Part shown: positions 12,731-26,159 of the stretch, one piece after another | How positions within the stretch are numbered: the stretch's first letter is position 1 | How the letters are laid out: every line of letters starts with the position of its first letter | DNA from: Octopus sinensis | Lineage: Eukaryota | Length of the DNA: 64,000 bases | Assembly (NCBI RefSeq): GCF_006345805.1 | Contig: NC_043001.1 | Span: forward strand, 32,550,001 to 32,614,000 | Direction: 5' to 3' | Made by a program: the position numbers and the translations under genes | The notes under the pieces: generated by a model | What the model was told of the DNA's origin: nothing | Database searches by the model: none | The model's input: only the letters and a program-made list of their open reading frames with translations

Positions 12731-14143
12731 AGCTCCACGTCGGTTCGGTGGAACCTGATTGAGAAGATTTATGATCAAAGACATTCCAGCCCTGAACAAC
12801 CCGACGTTTTATTTCCCCCCCATGTGCACGGACCCACGATCACATTTATTCAATGCAATGCGGTTTTTCTTCTCCCTCCTAAAATGGGTAGAGTATAACT
12901 CAAAGAGGTTGTGCTAACTATTTCTAGCATGGTACGCGACCACGTCGAACCTCGTCAATACATTGCAGTCGTAGTTGTTGTTGTTGTTGTTGTTTGGGGT
13001 TATAGTAGATGTATCGATGATAAAGATCGATCGGTTGGTTGTGATGTTGTGGGGGTGGGGGGGTCATGGAAGGTGTGATGAATATGGTGGTGATGGTGGT
13101 GTTTGTAGGGGGTGGGGGAGAAGGCGTATGTCTGTTTTTTTTTGTTATTTTTGTTGTTTTTTTTTGTTGTTATTTTTGCTATTTTTTAAAGGTAAGCCTC
13201 TGAGTCAATAACGGTCAATGGAGGATGGAAGAGGTGACAAGCATACGGTTGGTTCAGAAAGTACCGGCAGAGGCAGCAGCAGTGACAGCTTTAGGAGTAG
13301 GAGATGGAGGGGGAAGAGGAGAAGGAAGAAGAGGGGATAGGAGGAGGAGGAGGAGGGAGAAGAGGAGGGGAGAAGCGGGGTGATGGGGGGGGAGAGAGGA
13401 GGAGGAGGAGGAGGAAGAAGAAGAGGGGATTAGGAGGAGGAGGGAGAAGAGGAGGGAGGAGGAAGGAAAAGAGATGGGAGAAGCGGGGTGGTGGGAAGAG
13501 AGGGGAGGCGAGGAAGAGGGAGATGGTGATGATGATATGATGATGATGATTAGGGGGAGGAGGAGGGGGGATGAAATGAGCAGGAGCAGAGGAGAGGGGG
13601 AGAGGGGGAGGGGGATGAGGAGGAGGAGGAAGAGGGAGACGATGATGATGGGGAGGAGGTGGAGGAAGAAGGGGATGATGAAGATTATGTTGAGGAGCAG
13701 GTGGAAGAGGGAGAGAAGGACGAGGGAGGAAGAGGAGAAAGAGGAAGAGGGGGAAAAGGAGAAGAGGGGAAGAGGGGGATGAGGAGGAAGAGGGTGGATG
13801 AGGAGGAAAAGCAGCAACAGGGGCAGCAATAGCAGTAGCAATAGTGGTGTTGATAGTGTTGATAAAAGTAGCAGGTAGTGTATAATGCGAAGGTTATTTC
13901 TGACAACTTTGTTTCCGACGGCGACGACGACGAAATGACGATGATGATGATGATGACGATGATGATATTGTGGATATATACACGCATAGAAACGTACACA
14001 CATACACACACACGCATGCACACACATGCATCATCATCATCATCATCATCATTATCATCACATTGCACATGGCGGTAATGACAAGAAATAGCGGACGTGA
14101 TTTTAATGACTCCCTGTTGTGTTTTTTTATGTTCATGCTCATA

Positions 14144-14184
<41 letters not shown>

Positions 14185-14203
14185 GATGATGATGACGATG
14201 ACG

Positions 14204-14260
<57 letters not shown>

Positions 14261-14496
14261 GGGAATAAGAATAAGTTTAAACGTGGTGAGGTGAAGGTCT
14301 AGTAGAGAAAAAAGGGGAGAGAGAAAGAAAGAAAGAAAGAAAGATAAAAAGAAAGGGAGAGAGAGAGAGAAAGGTGGGCCCGATAGGAACTTTGTGTCTG
14401 GGGTGTTAGAAGGAGAGGCATTATGAATGGGGAAACAGGATGGAAATGAATGCAGCGCCATAGATGTAAGCAGCAGCAACAATAGTAGCGGTGGTG

Positions 14497-14532
<36 letters not shown>

Positions 14533-14965
14533 GTAATGTTGTTGTTGTTGTTGGTGGTGGTGTGGTGGTGGTTGGTGGAGTGGCGGAGGTATCGTTTAGT
14601 GGAGGTAGTGTGGTGGTAGTGGTGTGGTAGTGGGGTGGTGGTGTGTAGTAGTAGTAGTAGTAGTAGTAGTAATGTTGTTGTTGTTGTTGTTGTTGTTGTG
14701 GTGGTGGTGGTGGTGGTGGAGGTGGCGGAGGTATCGTCTTGAAGGTGGAGGTAGTGGTGGTGGTAGTGGATGTGGTAGTGATGGTGATGGTGGTGGTAGT
14801 AGTAATTTTGAGAAATTTGTGAATGGAATGTGAATGGAAGGTAGAGAGTAGAAAGATCTGGGCGAGAGCAAAATAAATAAATAAGTAAATGAATAATAAA
14901 TAAATAAATAAATAAATGAATGAATGAATAAATAAATAAATAAACAAATAAATAAATAAAAGCAA
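8975..14965. repeat. Low-complexity microsatellite domain: (TAG)n, (TGG)n, (GAT)n, (GCT)n, (TTA)n, (GGA)n, (TA/TG)n
   Basis: Directly visible; it produces the homopolymeric ORFs in the ORF track. Confidence 0.95.
11419..11632 (+). mobile_element. Degenerate SINE family B
   Basis: GAGCTGACAGAATAGTTAGCAC...GAGTTCAAAT...GGGTCGATAAATTAAGTA. Confidence 0.7.
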
Positions 14966-14997
14966 CTAGTAAATAAAAAATGATAGAAACTTATATA

Positions 14998-15878
14998 CAG
15001 GGATTGAACAAAATAATGGAAACACCTTAAAATTTCAAACAAATTAATTTTAATATGGAGTAGGACCGCCTTTGGCAGCAATTACAGCTTGAATTCTACG
15101 AGGTATGGACTCCTACAAAGATTGAATTGTTTCCAAAGGAATTTTTGTCGATTCTTCAGTTAAAACAGTCTCCAGTTCTTGTAGTGATGATGGTGGAGGA
15201 AATCGACTCCTTACTTGTTTTTCTAAAATGCACCGTAAATGTTCAATAATATTGAGATCTGGAGACTGTGGTGGCCAGATAAGATTTTCAACTTCACTAG
15301 AATGTTCCTCGTGTCATTCAGTAACAAATTTAGCTGTGTGGATTGGTGCATTATCATCCTGAATGATTGCATTTCCCTCTGGAAACAGTTTCGCAACCAT
15401 AGGATGAATTTGATCAGATAAAATGTTTAAATAGTCTTGACTATTAATTTTGTCATGAAGGGATACCACTGGGCCGGTGGATTTCCAAGATATAGCCCCT
15501 AGATCATCACAGATCCTCCTCCATGTTTAACAGTTGGAAGAAGTTAGGCTGGGTCAAATGCTTCTTTTGGCTGTCTCCACAAGTATACTTGGCCTGTGGA
15601 CTGAAATAAGGAAATGATTGACTCGTCCGAGAAAATAACGTCCTTCAACTGCTCTAAGGACCAATTCTGTAGGTTTTTACTCCACTTTAAACGCTTTGCA
15701 ACGTTTGTTTTTGAAAGTAGTGGTTTCCTGATTGCAGCCCTCCCGTGAAATTTGGCTTTGAGCAGCACCAGACGAACAGTTTTTGTGGAAACTGGGTTCT
15801 CGAGGTGCTCATGAAGCTCTGCAGTAATTTTGGCAGCTGTACTTTTATGATACTTTCTAACAATTCGCGTATGATAAG
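14998..15878 (-). mobile_element. Tc1 transposon, 3' part with terminal TIR, decayed
   Basis: TA-CAGGGATTGAACAAAATAATGGAAACACC terminus; minus-strand peptides VIFSDES, QDDNAPIH, WPPQSPDLNIIE; same family as 45169-46237. Confidence 0.9.
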
Positions 15879-17498
15879 CAAAGTTCTTTTTTTAATCTAA
15901 AATATACCTTCATTCGTTTTCTACAATGTTCTTCCATCTATCAGGTAGACTTGCAAGGCTCCTCCCCCAAAATTCACTCGTCCGTGACCAAATATGCTCC
16001 TCCAGTACTGTTCTGACCCCGTCTACTGAGTTTATATTTTTCTATCCAAATGAGTTTGAAAACTGCGGAGAAAATGATAATCAGATGGGGCAATGTATGG
16101 CGAATATGGTGAATGATGCATCATTTCCCATTAAAACTGTTCCTGCCTTTGGAATGTCATCCTCGCTGTATGTGGCCGAATATTATCCTGATGGAAGAAC
16201 ACATTCGTCTTGAAACTTGTAGCGCTGACTTAGGCTGCTCAAGCTGCTCGCAGACCTCCTTTGTTATTGTTTGGTTTGAGTTTAAAAGTTCGAAGTGGAC
16301 TAAACCTTTCATATGCCACCGAACAGATAACAATAGCTTACGCGGGTGAAGGCCTTTCTTAGCCTGGGGTACCGGTGTTTCTCCTTTCCCTACACACTAT
16401 CTTCAGCGCTTGACTTTTTTTTATATAGACGCAGGAGTGGCTGTGTGGTAAGTAGCTCGCTAACCAACCACATGGTTCCGGGTTCAGTCCCACTGCGTGG
16501 CACCTTGGGCAAGTGTCTTCTGCTATAGCCCCGGGCCGACCAATGCCTTGTGAGTGGATTTGGTAGACGGAAACTGAAAGAAGCCCATCGTATATATATA
16601 TATATATGTGTGTGTGTGCATGTATGTTTGTGTGTCTGTGTTTGTCCCCCTAGCATTGCTTGACAACTGATGCTAGTGTGTTTACCTCCCCGTTACTTAG
16701 CGGTTCGGCAAAAGAGACCGATAGAATAAGTACTGGGCTTACAAAAGAATAATTCCTGGGGTCGAGTTGCTCGATTAAAGGCGGTGCTCCAGCATGGCCG
16801 CAGTCAAATGACTGAAACAAGTAAAAGAGAGAGTAAAGGGAGTAACCCATTTCGCGTCATCAGTCACTATTCGGTTAAAAAAAGGTTCATTCGTGACACG
16901 GGGCAGCAAAGAAGAGCACATTCATTCTCTGCGTGCGATTAAACTCAGAAAGTTTGGGAGGAACCCATTTACTCAAGTTGCTGATTTTTCCGATGGCACG
17001 CAGGTGTCGATGAATGGCTGAATGTCCAAATCCAAGATTCTTTGCTAGTTCCTCAAAAGTTCCGATGAGATTTTGTTCCACCAAGGTTTGCAGGACGTCC
17101 TGGTACAGTTCTACAGATCTTCCAGGACGAGACTCGTCTTCTAGGCTGTAGTTTCCGGCTCGGAATTTCTGAAAGCACCATTGACAGTGGCTTACGCTTG
17201 CTGTTCGAACACCATATACTGCATCAATATTCCTCGCCCTTTCTTTTGCGCTGTTTTCTTTATTGTACTCATAAAGCAAAATGTGCCGAATATGCTACTT
17301 TGCTACTTATATTTTAGCTTTCAAAAAATAACTGTTAAAATCGAAATGCATTTTTCAAAACTTGCACTAAGAATAAGGACAAGATAAAATTACTACCTGC
17401 TTTTATAGCAAAGTTGATGTAGGTAGTCTATCTCCCATCCCTCTCCGACTTTTAGTTCATGCAATTGAAGAAACCAAATTATTCAGGGGATGTCTCAA
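15879..17498 (-). mobile_element. Mariner transposon remnant interrupted by SINE A
   Basis: N-terminal HTH region (LYEYNK...FRAGNYSLEDESRPGR) and WVPPKL (cf. WVPHEL) at 16887-17290; C-terminal HSPYSPYIAPSDYH (cf. YSPDLAPSDY) near 16075-16120; TIR-like end followed by TA at about 17498. Confidence 0.85.
16428..16841 (+). mobile_element. SINE family A nested in the mariner
   Basis: Full-length copy splitting the transposase remnant. Confidence 0.9.
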
Positions 17499-17558
17499 TA
17501 CATACATACATACATACATACATACATACATTCATACATATATATGTATATAAATATA

Positions 17559-17633
<75 letters not shown>

Positions 17634-17642
17634 ATAAATATA

Positions 17643-17900
17643 CCAGAGTAAGCACAAAAATGCGAAACAAGTTGGAAAAAATAGTACTCGAATACCAGAG
17701 GTAGAGTAATATGCTTTATTAACAAGCATCAAAAATATCACAAAAACTGTTACTCAGAGATTCACGTTCCCGTTCGTCTAAGAGTTTTATTTAAATCTAG
17801 ATTCTAAAGAGATTTCGATTTTAAACAAAACTGTCCGACGACTGGAGCGTGAAACTCTGAGTAACAGTTTTTGTAATACTTTTGCTGCATTTTAATAAAG
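17643..17900. mobile_element. HHR-bearing foldback (PLE-like) inside (TA)n
   Basis: Arms 17714-17778 and 17837-17900; AAAACTGT-CCGACGA(17835)...GAAAC(17851)-TCTGA-GTA-ACAGTTTT, then AATAAA. Confidence 0.8.
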
Positions 17901-18006
<106 letters not shown>

Positions 18007-18056
18007 TATTTATATATCTATATGTGTGTGTGTGTGTGCATATATTTATATATATA

Positions 18057-18096
<40 letters not shown>

Positions 18097-18162
18097 ATAT
18101 ATATATAGTATATATATTTAGTATGTATATAAGTATGTAAATAATACAGTTAAAAATAAAGA

Positions 18163-18293
18163 TGGAAAAAGCACAGAAGTATATTTTAGAGAATGTTTAA
18201 TATTTTTGTTACAGTGAGTGATTCTAAATATATTAAATCACTCACTGTAACAAAAATATTAAACATTCTCTAATATACTTTGTGCCTTTTCCA
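18163..18293. repeat. Foldback with about 60-bp arms
   Basis: GAGAATGTTTAATATTTTTGTTACAGTGAGTGATT / AATCACTCACTGTAACAAAAATATTAAACATTCTC. Confidence 0.85.
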
Positions 18294-18305
18294 ACTACAT
18301 TCATA

Positions 18306-18493
18306 GCGGTGGCTGTGTGTGGTAAGTACTTAGCTGCTTACCAACCACATGGCTCCGGGGTTACTCCACTGCGTGGCACCTTGGGCAAGGTTTTCTACTA
18401 TAGCCTAGGGCCGACCCAAGCCTTGTGAGTGGATTTGGTAGTCGGGAACTGAAGAAGCCTGTCATAATATATATAATATATATATTATATATC

Positions 18494-18525
<32 letters not shown>

Positions 18526-18529
18526 CATA

Positions 18530-18560
<31 letters not shown>

Positions 18561-18636
18561 CTATATATATATAGGTTTCTATCTATCTATCTATCTATCT
18601 ATCATCTATCTATCTATCTATATATCTATATATATA

Positions 18637-18668
<32 letters not shown>

Positions 18669-18705
18669 TTGTTGTGTGTGTGTGTGTCTGTGGTAATATA
18701 TATTA

Positions 18706-18736
<31 letters not shown>

Positions 18737-18913
18737 GTGGTGTGTGTGTTTGGTGTCTGTGTTTGTCCCCCCAAAGTCGCTTGAACAGCCGATGCTGGTG
18801 GTCTAAATCCCCGTAACTTAGCGGTTCGGCAATAGAGATCGATAGAATAAGTAAGATAAGTCCTGGGCTTACTAGAATAAGTCCTGGGGTCGATTTGCTC
18901 GACTAAAGGCGGT
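18306..18913 (+). mobile_element. SINE family A with an expanded internal microsatellite, 3'-truncated
   Basis: Head, body and part of the tail recognisable. Confidence 0.85.
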
Positions 18914-18924
18914 TTGTTATTATC

Positions 18925-19207
<283 letters not shown>

Positions 19208-19296
19208 TCTTATCAGACAGGTAGTTATGATGGGTATATTGGGCTTCATATATTTTACCCGTGTCACTTTGATGGCATGAACTGCTCCTCACTCAA
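19208..19296 (+). mobile_element. 5'-truncated 3' end of an (AAT)n-targeting retroelement
   Basis: Matches the last about 90 bp of 42021-42560; flanked by (AAT)n on both sides. Confidence 0.75.
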
Positions 19297-19429
19297 TAAA
19301 TAACTAATAATAATAATAATATATAATAATAATAATATAATAATAATAATAATAGTAATAATAATAATATTAATAATAATATAATATAAATGATGATGAT
19401 GATGATGATGATGATTGATGATAGCAATG

Positions 19430-19482
<53 letters not shown>

Positions 19483-20068
19483 TTTACAGTACTAACCACT
19501 TAGTGTTCACAGAAACATCGGGGACAGACCTTGCCATCGAAAGGAATTGGCTTTAAAATCCTTAAGGAACCCTCTTTGCAATATTATTGACATTTGAGAT
19601 GTGAGACGCCACAACTTGACTATCCCACATGAAGAAATACGTATGTTGTTACTGTTGCTGTTGCTTAGTGCCTAGTGTGCCCTGTGAGATGTATGATAAA
19701 AAAATGTTTCAGCCTTAAACATTCAGTTTTCTTTTTCAGATATATGATATCCTAAGACTTGATTATCCAATGTGTCCTCGTCGACTTTAAACTTCATTAA
19801 AAGACACCTTAAAGTGGCGTGAGTGAAGAAAGGTTTGGCTACTATTTCTAACTGTTCGATTGAGCACTTGGAAGTTTCCTCAACAGCATGAATATTGAAA
19901 ATAAATGTAGGGTCAATAAAATGTCTCTAAATTAGAAGTTTGTAGGATACAGTTTGGTTTTCCTATTTATTGTTTGCTGAAAACTCTTTTTAAACGTGTC
20001 TGGAGAATTCGCCGTAAGAAATTTTTGTGTATGGACAATGACAAAGCCTATATTTTGAAAAAAAAAGT

Positions 20069-20211
20069 AGGTGTATCTCTGTGGTAAGAACATGGTTCCT
20101 GGTTCAGTTCCACTGGGTGACACCTCGGGCAAGTTACTTTCACTATAGCCTCAGGTTGACCAAAGCCTTGTGAGTGGATTTGGTAGACGGAAACTGAAAG
20201 AAGCTCATCAG

Positions 20212-20251
<40 letters not shown>

Positions 20252-20509
20252 AATAAGAAAATGGAAAAACAAATTTGGCTGTTTCTCCATTTTCTTATTT
20301 GTATCATAAAAATTACGGTAAAAATATTAAAAATATTTCTTTACCTTCACCCATAATACAATAATGACTTAATTGCATTGCAATTAAAAACATTTATGTA
20401 TTAAGAATTTAGGTACTTTACCAACAGTATATTGGATAAATGATATCCCATGGTGGGTTTCACCCGTAACCCCTATCTTATTTTGTATATATATATATAT
20501 ATATATATC

Positions 20510-20564
<55 letters not shown>

Positions 20565-20840
20565 TATAATATATATATATATCTGTACATATCTTTGTGA
20601 CTCTGTTTGTTCCCCGCTACCGCTTGACAACCGGTGCTGGTGTGTTAATGTCCTCGTAATCTAGTGGTTCGGCAAGAGATATCGATAGAATGAGTACCAG
20701 GCTTTAAAGATAAAAAAAAGGGCAAAGCAAGTAAGTACTGGGGTTCGACTCCTTCGGCTACAAATTCTGCAGATCGGTGCCCCAGCATGGCCGCCGCAGT
20801 CTAATAACTGAAACGAACAAAATATAAAAGATAAAAAGAA
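20069..20840 (+). mobile_element. Old SINE family A copy with a foldback-containing insert (about 20248-20485) in its (TA)n
   Basis: SINE halves flank ATACAAATAAGAAAATGG...CCATTTTCTTATTTGTAT and further unique sequence. Confidence 0.75.
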
Positions 20841-21145
20841 AAGTATTGAATAGGTAAGTCTTTATTCAAATCAAGCATTGAATAGGCATGATGAGGTAAT
20901 TTTAAACGTAGTTTCTTACGTTGAATATTCCTACGGCGAAAACGTTTACGCGCGAAATTCCCTATAACCCTAATAGAAAGATTTTCTTTGTATGTGTAAA
21001 CACCAAATCAGTAATTGTACTTCACGTTACTTGAATGGCGACTTATATTTGGAATACTTTTATTTCACGAAAAAACAGATCTGTTGTTACTTACGGGCGA
21101 CGAAGTTAAACAGAATCGCATTCCAATGATTTCTCGGAGATGAGG

Positions 21146-21466
21146 AGTACTCCGTCGGTTGCGACGACGAGGGTCCCAGCTGATACGATCAACGGAACAG
21201 CCTGCTCGTGAAATTAACGTGCAAGTGACTGAGCACTCCACAAGTACGTGTACCCTTAATGTAGTTCTTGGTGAGATTCAGCGTGCCACAGAGTGTGACA
21301 AGGCTGACCTTTTGAAATACAAGTACTACTCATTTTTGCCAGCTGAGTGGACTGGAGCAACGTGAAATAAAGTGTCTTGCTCAAGGACACAACGCGCCGC
21401 TGGGAATTGAACTCACGACCTTATGATCATGAGCCGAATGCCCCTAACAACTAAGCCACGCGCCTT
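21146..21466 (-). mobile_element. SINE family C (tRNA head plus CORE-like domain)
   Basis: Head GGCGCGTGGCTTAGT...GAGTTCAATTCCC; core TTGTGTCCTTGAGCAAGACACTT...CTCAGCTGGCAAAAATGAGTA. Confidence 0.85.
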
Positions 21467-21699
21467 CTCAGAGATATTTATCAATCAGTCTGCGTACCGA
21501 AGGGTATGTAACCCGTCTTGTATTAGACATTAATAGCGAAACAGGTGGACGTATTCGAAGAGACTACACAAAAGAGCAAATTCACATAATTTTCCCGTAT
21601 ATCATAACTAATATATAAGGTTTATATTTGCATAGAGAATCATACCCAGATTATTTTCCTACCACTACGTGCATATACCCCTTTCATCCATCTCTCCCC

Positions 21700-22072
21700 A
21701 GTCTCGAGCTAATCGACTTTTCCATTTTCCACATGAAACGGAAAATAATGCTGGAGAAGAAATGCCTGTCGCAAAGTGTGTTTCGTAAAAGATGGAAGTC
21801 TATAGCAAGTATATTGCGAGTGAAAGAACCTGTTTAAACGAGAATATAAAAAGGAGAAAGCAAAGTCTTCAGTGTGAGTTTGTGGCTTTTGGGGTCGACC
21901 GCGTCCTCCGCTTCATTTTTTGTTAATCACTCATTCTCATTTAATTGTATATATTTTAATTTTTCGTTTATTCATACGTTTCGTGTCATTCGATACCCTG
22001 ACCCCAACGTTTGTTTTGTCTGTCCCCGTATCGTTCCCTCTTTTTCTCAACCTTATGGTGAATAAAGAAATT
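21700..22072 (+). mobile_element. 5'-truncated Tx1/L1-like LINE end (ORF2 C-terminus plus 3' UTR) at (TC)n
   Basis: Peptide LIDFSIFHMKRKIMLEKKCLSQSVFRKRW-stop (21837) resembles Tx1-type ORF2 C-termini; T-rich UTR, AATAAAGAAA, then (TC)n. Confidence 0.5.
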
Positions 22073-22586
22073 CTCTCTCTCTCTCTCTCTCTCTCACTCC
22101 TTCCCTTCAGCCGAATGACGATGGTACCAAATGTCAACCACCCTCTCTATTTCACCTTCCCAATATAAAACTAAAAATCGTATACTCCACACTGTTGGCT
22201 TTGGTTTGTCTTTCTTTGTTCCACATATAAAATCACTACAGTTAGACTCGCTGTGGACTTAATAATGGATATTACTAACAATATATTTTGATTCCGAAGA
22301 CCTGTGCTCAAAACTATCCAGCCAAGAACATAACGTCTTTCAGACGGTTTGTTCAGGTCAAGTCTATCTCGGACTAACTTATGCAATGTCCCTCTTGTCT
22401 GTTTTTAAAGATGGCGAGTGATTTGAAGAGTATTTAGTTGCTATTTCTTATTGAATAAACGATCATGTTTTTAGGCCCAGGAAGTATTGTCCCAGGCCCA
22501 CTTTGATTAAGGGTAACTTTCATGAAAGAGGGCCTAGTTGTAGCCAGAAGGCATGGTGGGTTTGGAATGGAATTTAGTTGTTATTC

Positions 22587-22812
22587 TTAAGTTAAGTTAA
22601 TTTTTCTGCTCAAAAAGCAAAAAGCAAGGCCATGTAGGGGGGACATGGAGTTATGTAGAGGGAGGGTGTTCATGCAAAGAGTTCAGGCCATTTCTGGTCA
22701 AGAGAGACTTTGAACCGAGCGGTCGTCGGCATCTTCACTATCTCGTCCGGCAGCTTATTCCACGGATCCGCGACCCTGACGGAGAAAGCCCCTCTCCTTC
22801 GATTGAGATGAG
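22587..22812 (-). mobile_element. 3' end of a CR1-group LINE
   Basis: RRGAFSVRVADPWNKLPDEIV...FKVSLD-type ORF2 C-terminus with stop at 22670, short UTR and (TTAAC)n tail. Confidence 0.85.
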
Positions 22813-24445
22813 GGAGAGGAGCTTTCTCCATTCTTAGTAGTCCGAATAACCAAGTAGAAATTCTATCCTTAGCTCGTGGTTTCGAGTCTTTCTGTTGTGA
22901 ATGGGAGATTGGGTACACACGCACGCACTCACGCACGCTCTCACACAAACAGACGCACGCACAAGCACACGCATGCACACACATATACGCGAGAGCGCAC
23001 ACACACACACACATACGCGAGCGTGAGCGCACACACGCACACGCGCACACTCAGACTGAAGCGTACACATGCACGACTTTTGATTCGCTTAATGGATTGA
23101 GAATGGATCGTCTGGAATGTTGGATAACCATAGAGTGCCGTATTAATATGTCATTCATGAATGACATGTTGTAAACGTTTTCCTTTGTAGAGTAAGAGTA
23201 CAAAGGAGAGGGAGAGAGAGGGAGAGAGGGAGGAGAGAGAGACAAAGAGACAGAGTGAACGTGCGTGCATGGAAAGAATGAACATTAAAACAGAATAAAG
23301 GCAGAGAGAGAAAGGGGGAGATAAGTGTGTAATAGTGTAGAGAGGATAACAGACGAAAAGGTAGGATGAAGGGAAAGATGTAGGGTGCTGGTAAAGGGAA
23401 GAAAACAGCAAGAGATGGGGCTTGGCAGGGCGAGGAAGTGGGACTTGGGAAAATTAATAAAGGAGAGCGATAACAGAAATAATTTCTTAATGAACGATAC
23501 ATGATGAATACGGAGAAAATAAAAGTAAAAAAAAAGAATAAATATGAAGATATAAAATGAAGGAAAGACCAAAGGAAAGGAAATATATAATGAAAGGTTT
23601 AGTGAATGAAAGAAAGAGAGGATGTAGGTGCGGGAGCGTAAACGATGGAGAGGTTTTTCAGAGGGAGATAACAAGTGTTTGTAAGTTGGGTGCAAATAAT
23701 AGTTAGACAGAGATTGAGGAAGTGGGAGAAGTGAACCAAGTGTCAGAGGATGAGGAAGAGAAAGAAAAAGAGAGAGAGAGAGAGAGAGAGAGCGGGAGAG
23801 AGAGAGGGAGAGGGAGGGAGAGGAAGTGGGAAAGGAAGAGAGCAAGACAAAGGAGGGAGGAAAAAAAGTATTGAGGTATTGAGCAAGAGGAAAAGGCCAG
23901 AGAAGAGGAAATGTGTTTGAAAACAAAAAGAAAAAACAAGGTATTATATCGGCAAGTGGGGATGAAATATGTGAATGAGAGATGAAGAAGGAGATTGGCA
24001 GACAAAGAGAGAGAGAGAGAAAGAGAGGGACGGAGGACGGGAGAGAGTAACTGAATGTATGTTGTAAAAGAAGAGTAAAATATTGTAGAATATGTCTTGT
24101 GAATGGAAAGACCGGCCGGATAATATATACCTCGAAGTGCTAGAAATATTACGCCCGAAACAAGAGAAGAGCAACATGGTCGCTCATAGCTGGAGCGCTC
24201 TTTCGCATAGGTCTTCTCGGTCAAGAACTGACTGGGAGCTCGTGGACATCACCAAATGTTTTGTGGTTTTTTTGGTTAGTAAAAATGCAAAGACGTTCTC
24301 AGTTAAAAATCTGTTCAGCATGAATCAATTTTGATTTTTCATCTATATCAATCAGTACCCATAAAACAATGAAACACATCTAAATAACCTCAGTCTTAGT
24401 CTTTTATTATAAATCCATTTATTACTATATACACAGGCAAAGTGT

Positions 24446-24932
24446 GGAGGCGCGTGGCTTAGTGGTTAGGGTGTCAGCACCATGATCGTAAGATTGTGGT
24501 TTCGATTCCTGGATCGGATGACGCGTTGGGTTCTTGAGCAAAACACTTTATTTCACGTTGCTCCAGTCCACTCAGCTGGCAAAAATGAGTAACGCTGCGA
24601 TGGACTGGCGCCCCATCCAGCTGAGAAACACATACGCCATTGAAATAGGGAAACCGAGCCCATGAACCTGGCTACGCTTTAAAAGGGCGCATTATGAGCG
24701 CGTGGCTTAGGGTGTCAGCGCCATGATCGTAAGATTGTGGTTTCGATTCCTGGATCGGACGACGCGTTGGGTTCTTGAGCAAAACACTTCATTTCACGTT
24801 GCTCCAGTCCACTCAGCTGGCAAAAATGAGTAACGCTGCGATGGACTGGCGTCCCGTCCAGATGGGGATCATATACGCCATAGAAACCAGAAAACCGGGC
24901 CTATGAGCCTGGCTAGGCTTTAAAAGGGCGCA
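24446..24932 (+). mobile_element. Head-to-tail dimer of SINE family C
   Basis: Two units of about 245 bp (24446-24692 and about 24697-24932), each ending TTTAAAAGGGCGCAT. Confidence 0.9.
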
Positions 24933-25109
24933 TTTATATTTATTTATTTACACACGCAAAGTGCACAAGTATCTCAGGTCACCTTAAACCAACAAAGACA
25001 CCTACTCTGTCGATGCCCCTTCCATTATTTTCCATTTTTGTTTGTTTTTGCTTTTGATCTAGTCTCTATATTACCTCAAATCTTCTCTTTACAGATATTC
25101 GCTCTGATC

Positions 25110-25755
25110 TTTAGAAACGAGCTTTAGTGTATCGCATTTCCAAGAAATTCAAGTTCTGTTGGCCCTTCTAATTATCGCCCTATCACGCTTGCTTCCAATA
25201 TTCCTAAGTTAATTGAAACACCCATTAACCACGATGTTCTACAATACCTTGAATCTTCCCTTCTCTTTAACAGACAATTGTTCGGCTTCTGTAATGCAAG
25301 ATTCACTCGTAACCTATCCTCGTATGTCACCTGTTTTGGGTGAAAGTTATGTTGTCGTTCTAACATCAACAAACGTTTCGCCGAGTTTATCCGACTTTCG
25401 ACTTCACTTATTTCTCATCTGTTGAATTAAGAACTTCCTATCAGATCGCTCTATCACGGAATGTACTCGTGGAGCATTCTGTTTTCATATCCCCAACTCT
25501 GGTGCATCACGTGGTCCGATTTTGTCTCTCATACCCTTCCTATAATGGCCTATAGTACAATCCTATAATGCAGTGACCAACAAGGTCTACTCTTACGCCG
25601 ATGATAAAACTCTTCATTCTTCTGTAACCTTTCGTAACAATGCGTCATTCACATGCAGCCTGACCTCGTGCTAAGCCCATACCGACTGCATGAACAGAGA
25701 CCGTGAAAGCATCCTCCAATGGGGATTTGCCAATCTTGTGTCGTTCAATACAAAA
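25110..25755 (+). pseudogene. Decayed reverse-transcriptase fragment (CR1/L2/Jockey group)
   Basis: Motifs in shifting frames: PSNYRPITL, IKNFLSDRSI, YSYADDKTL, ILQWGFANLVSFN. Confidence 0.75.
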
Positions 25756-26159
25756 GTGTATTTCCAAATGTCATGGTATATCCTGGAAATAGGAAGGGAC
25801 TGAAAGATTTAACAATTATAGGGTTGGCTAAAGGACACAATGCCGATAATGGACGAGACATTGTCAGGGGCGGTATTCCTGTTAGGCTGTAGAGACCGAA
25901 GATACTTTTGCTCTTGACGTGTGTGTGTGCCAATGTGAATGGATTTAAAATGAATGATGAAAAGTGATTAATTAGCAAATTCCCGATCAAAGCCATTCTA
26001 ATCTCGACTATCCTCACTTTTAGGCTGAGTGTTACCCATGACTTTATTATTTAAAGTGTTTTATTTTCCTGACAATAAAACACAAATTAAGAGAAATTTA
26101 TCTGCTGTTTCTACAGGGTCGAGGGACCACGTTGGAAACGACACCTCGTTGATATGTGT

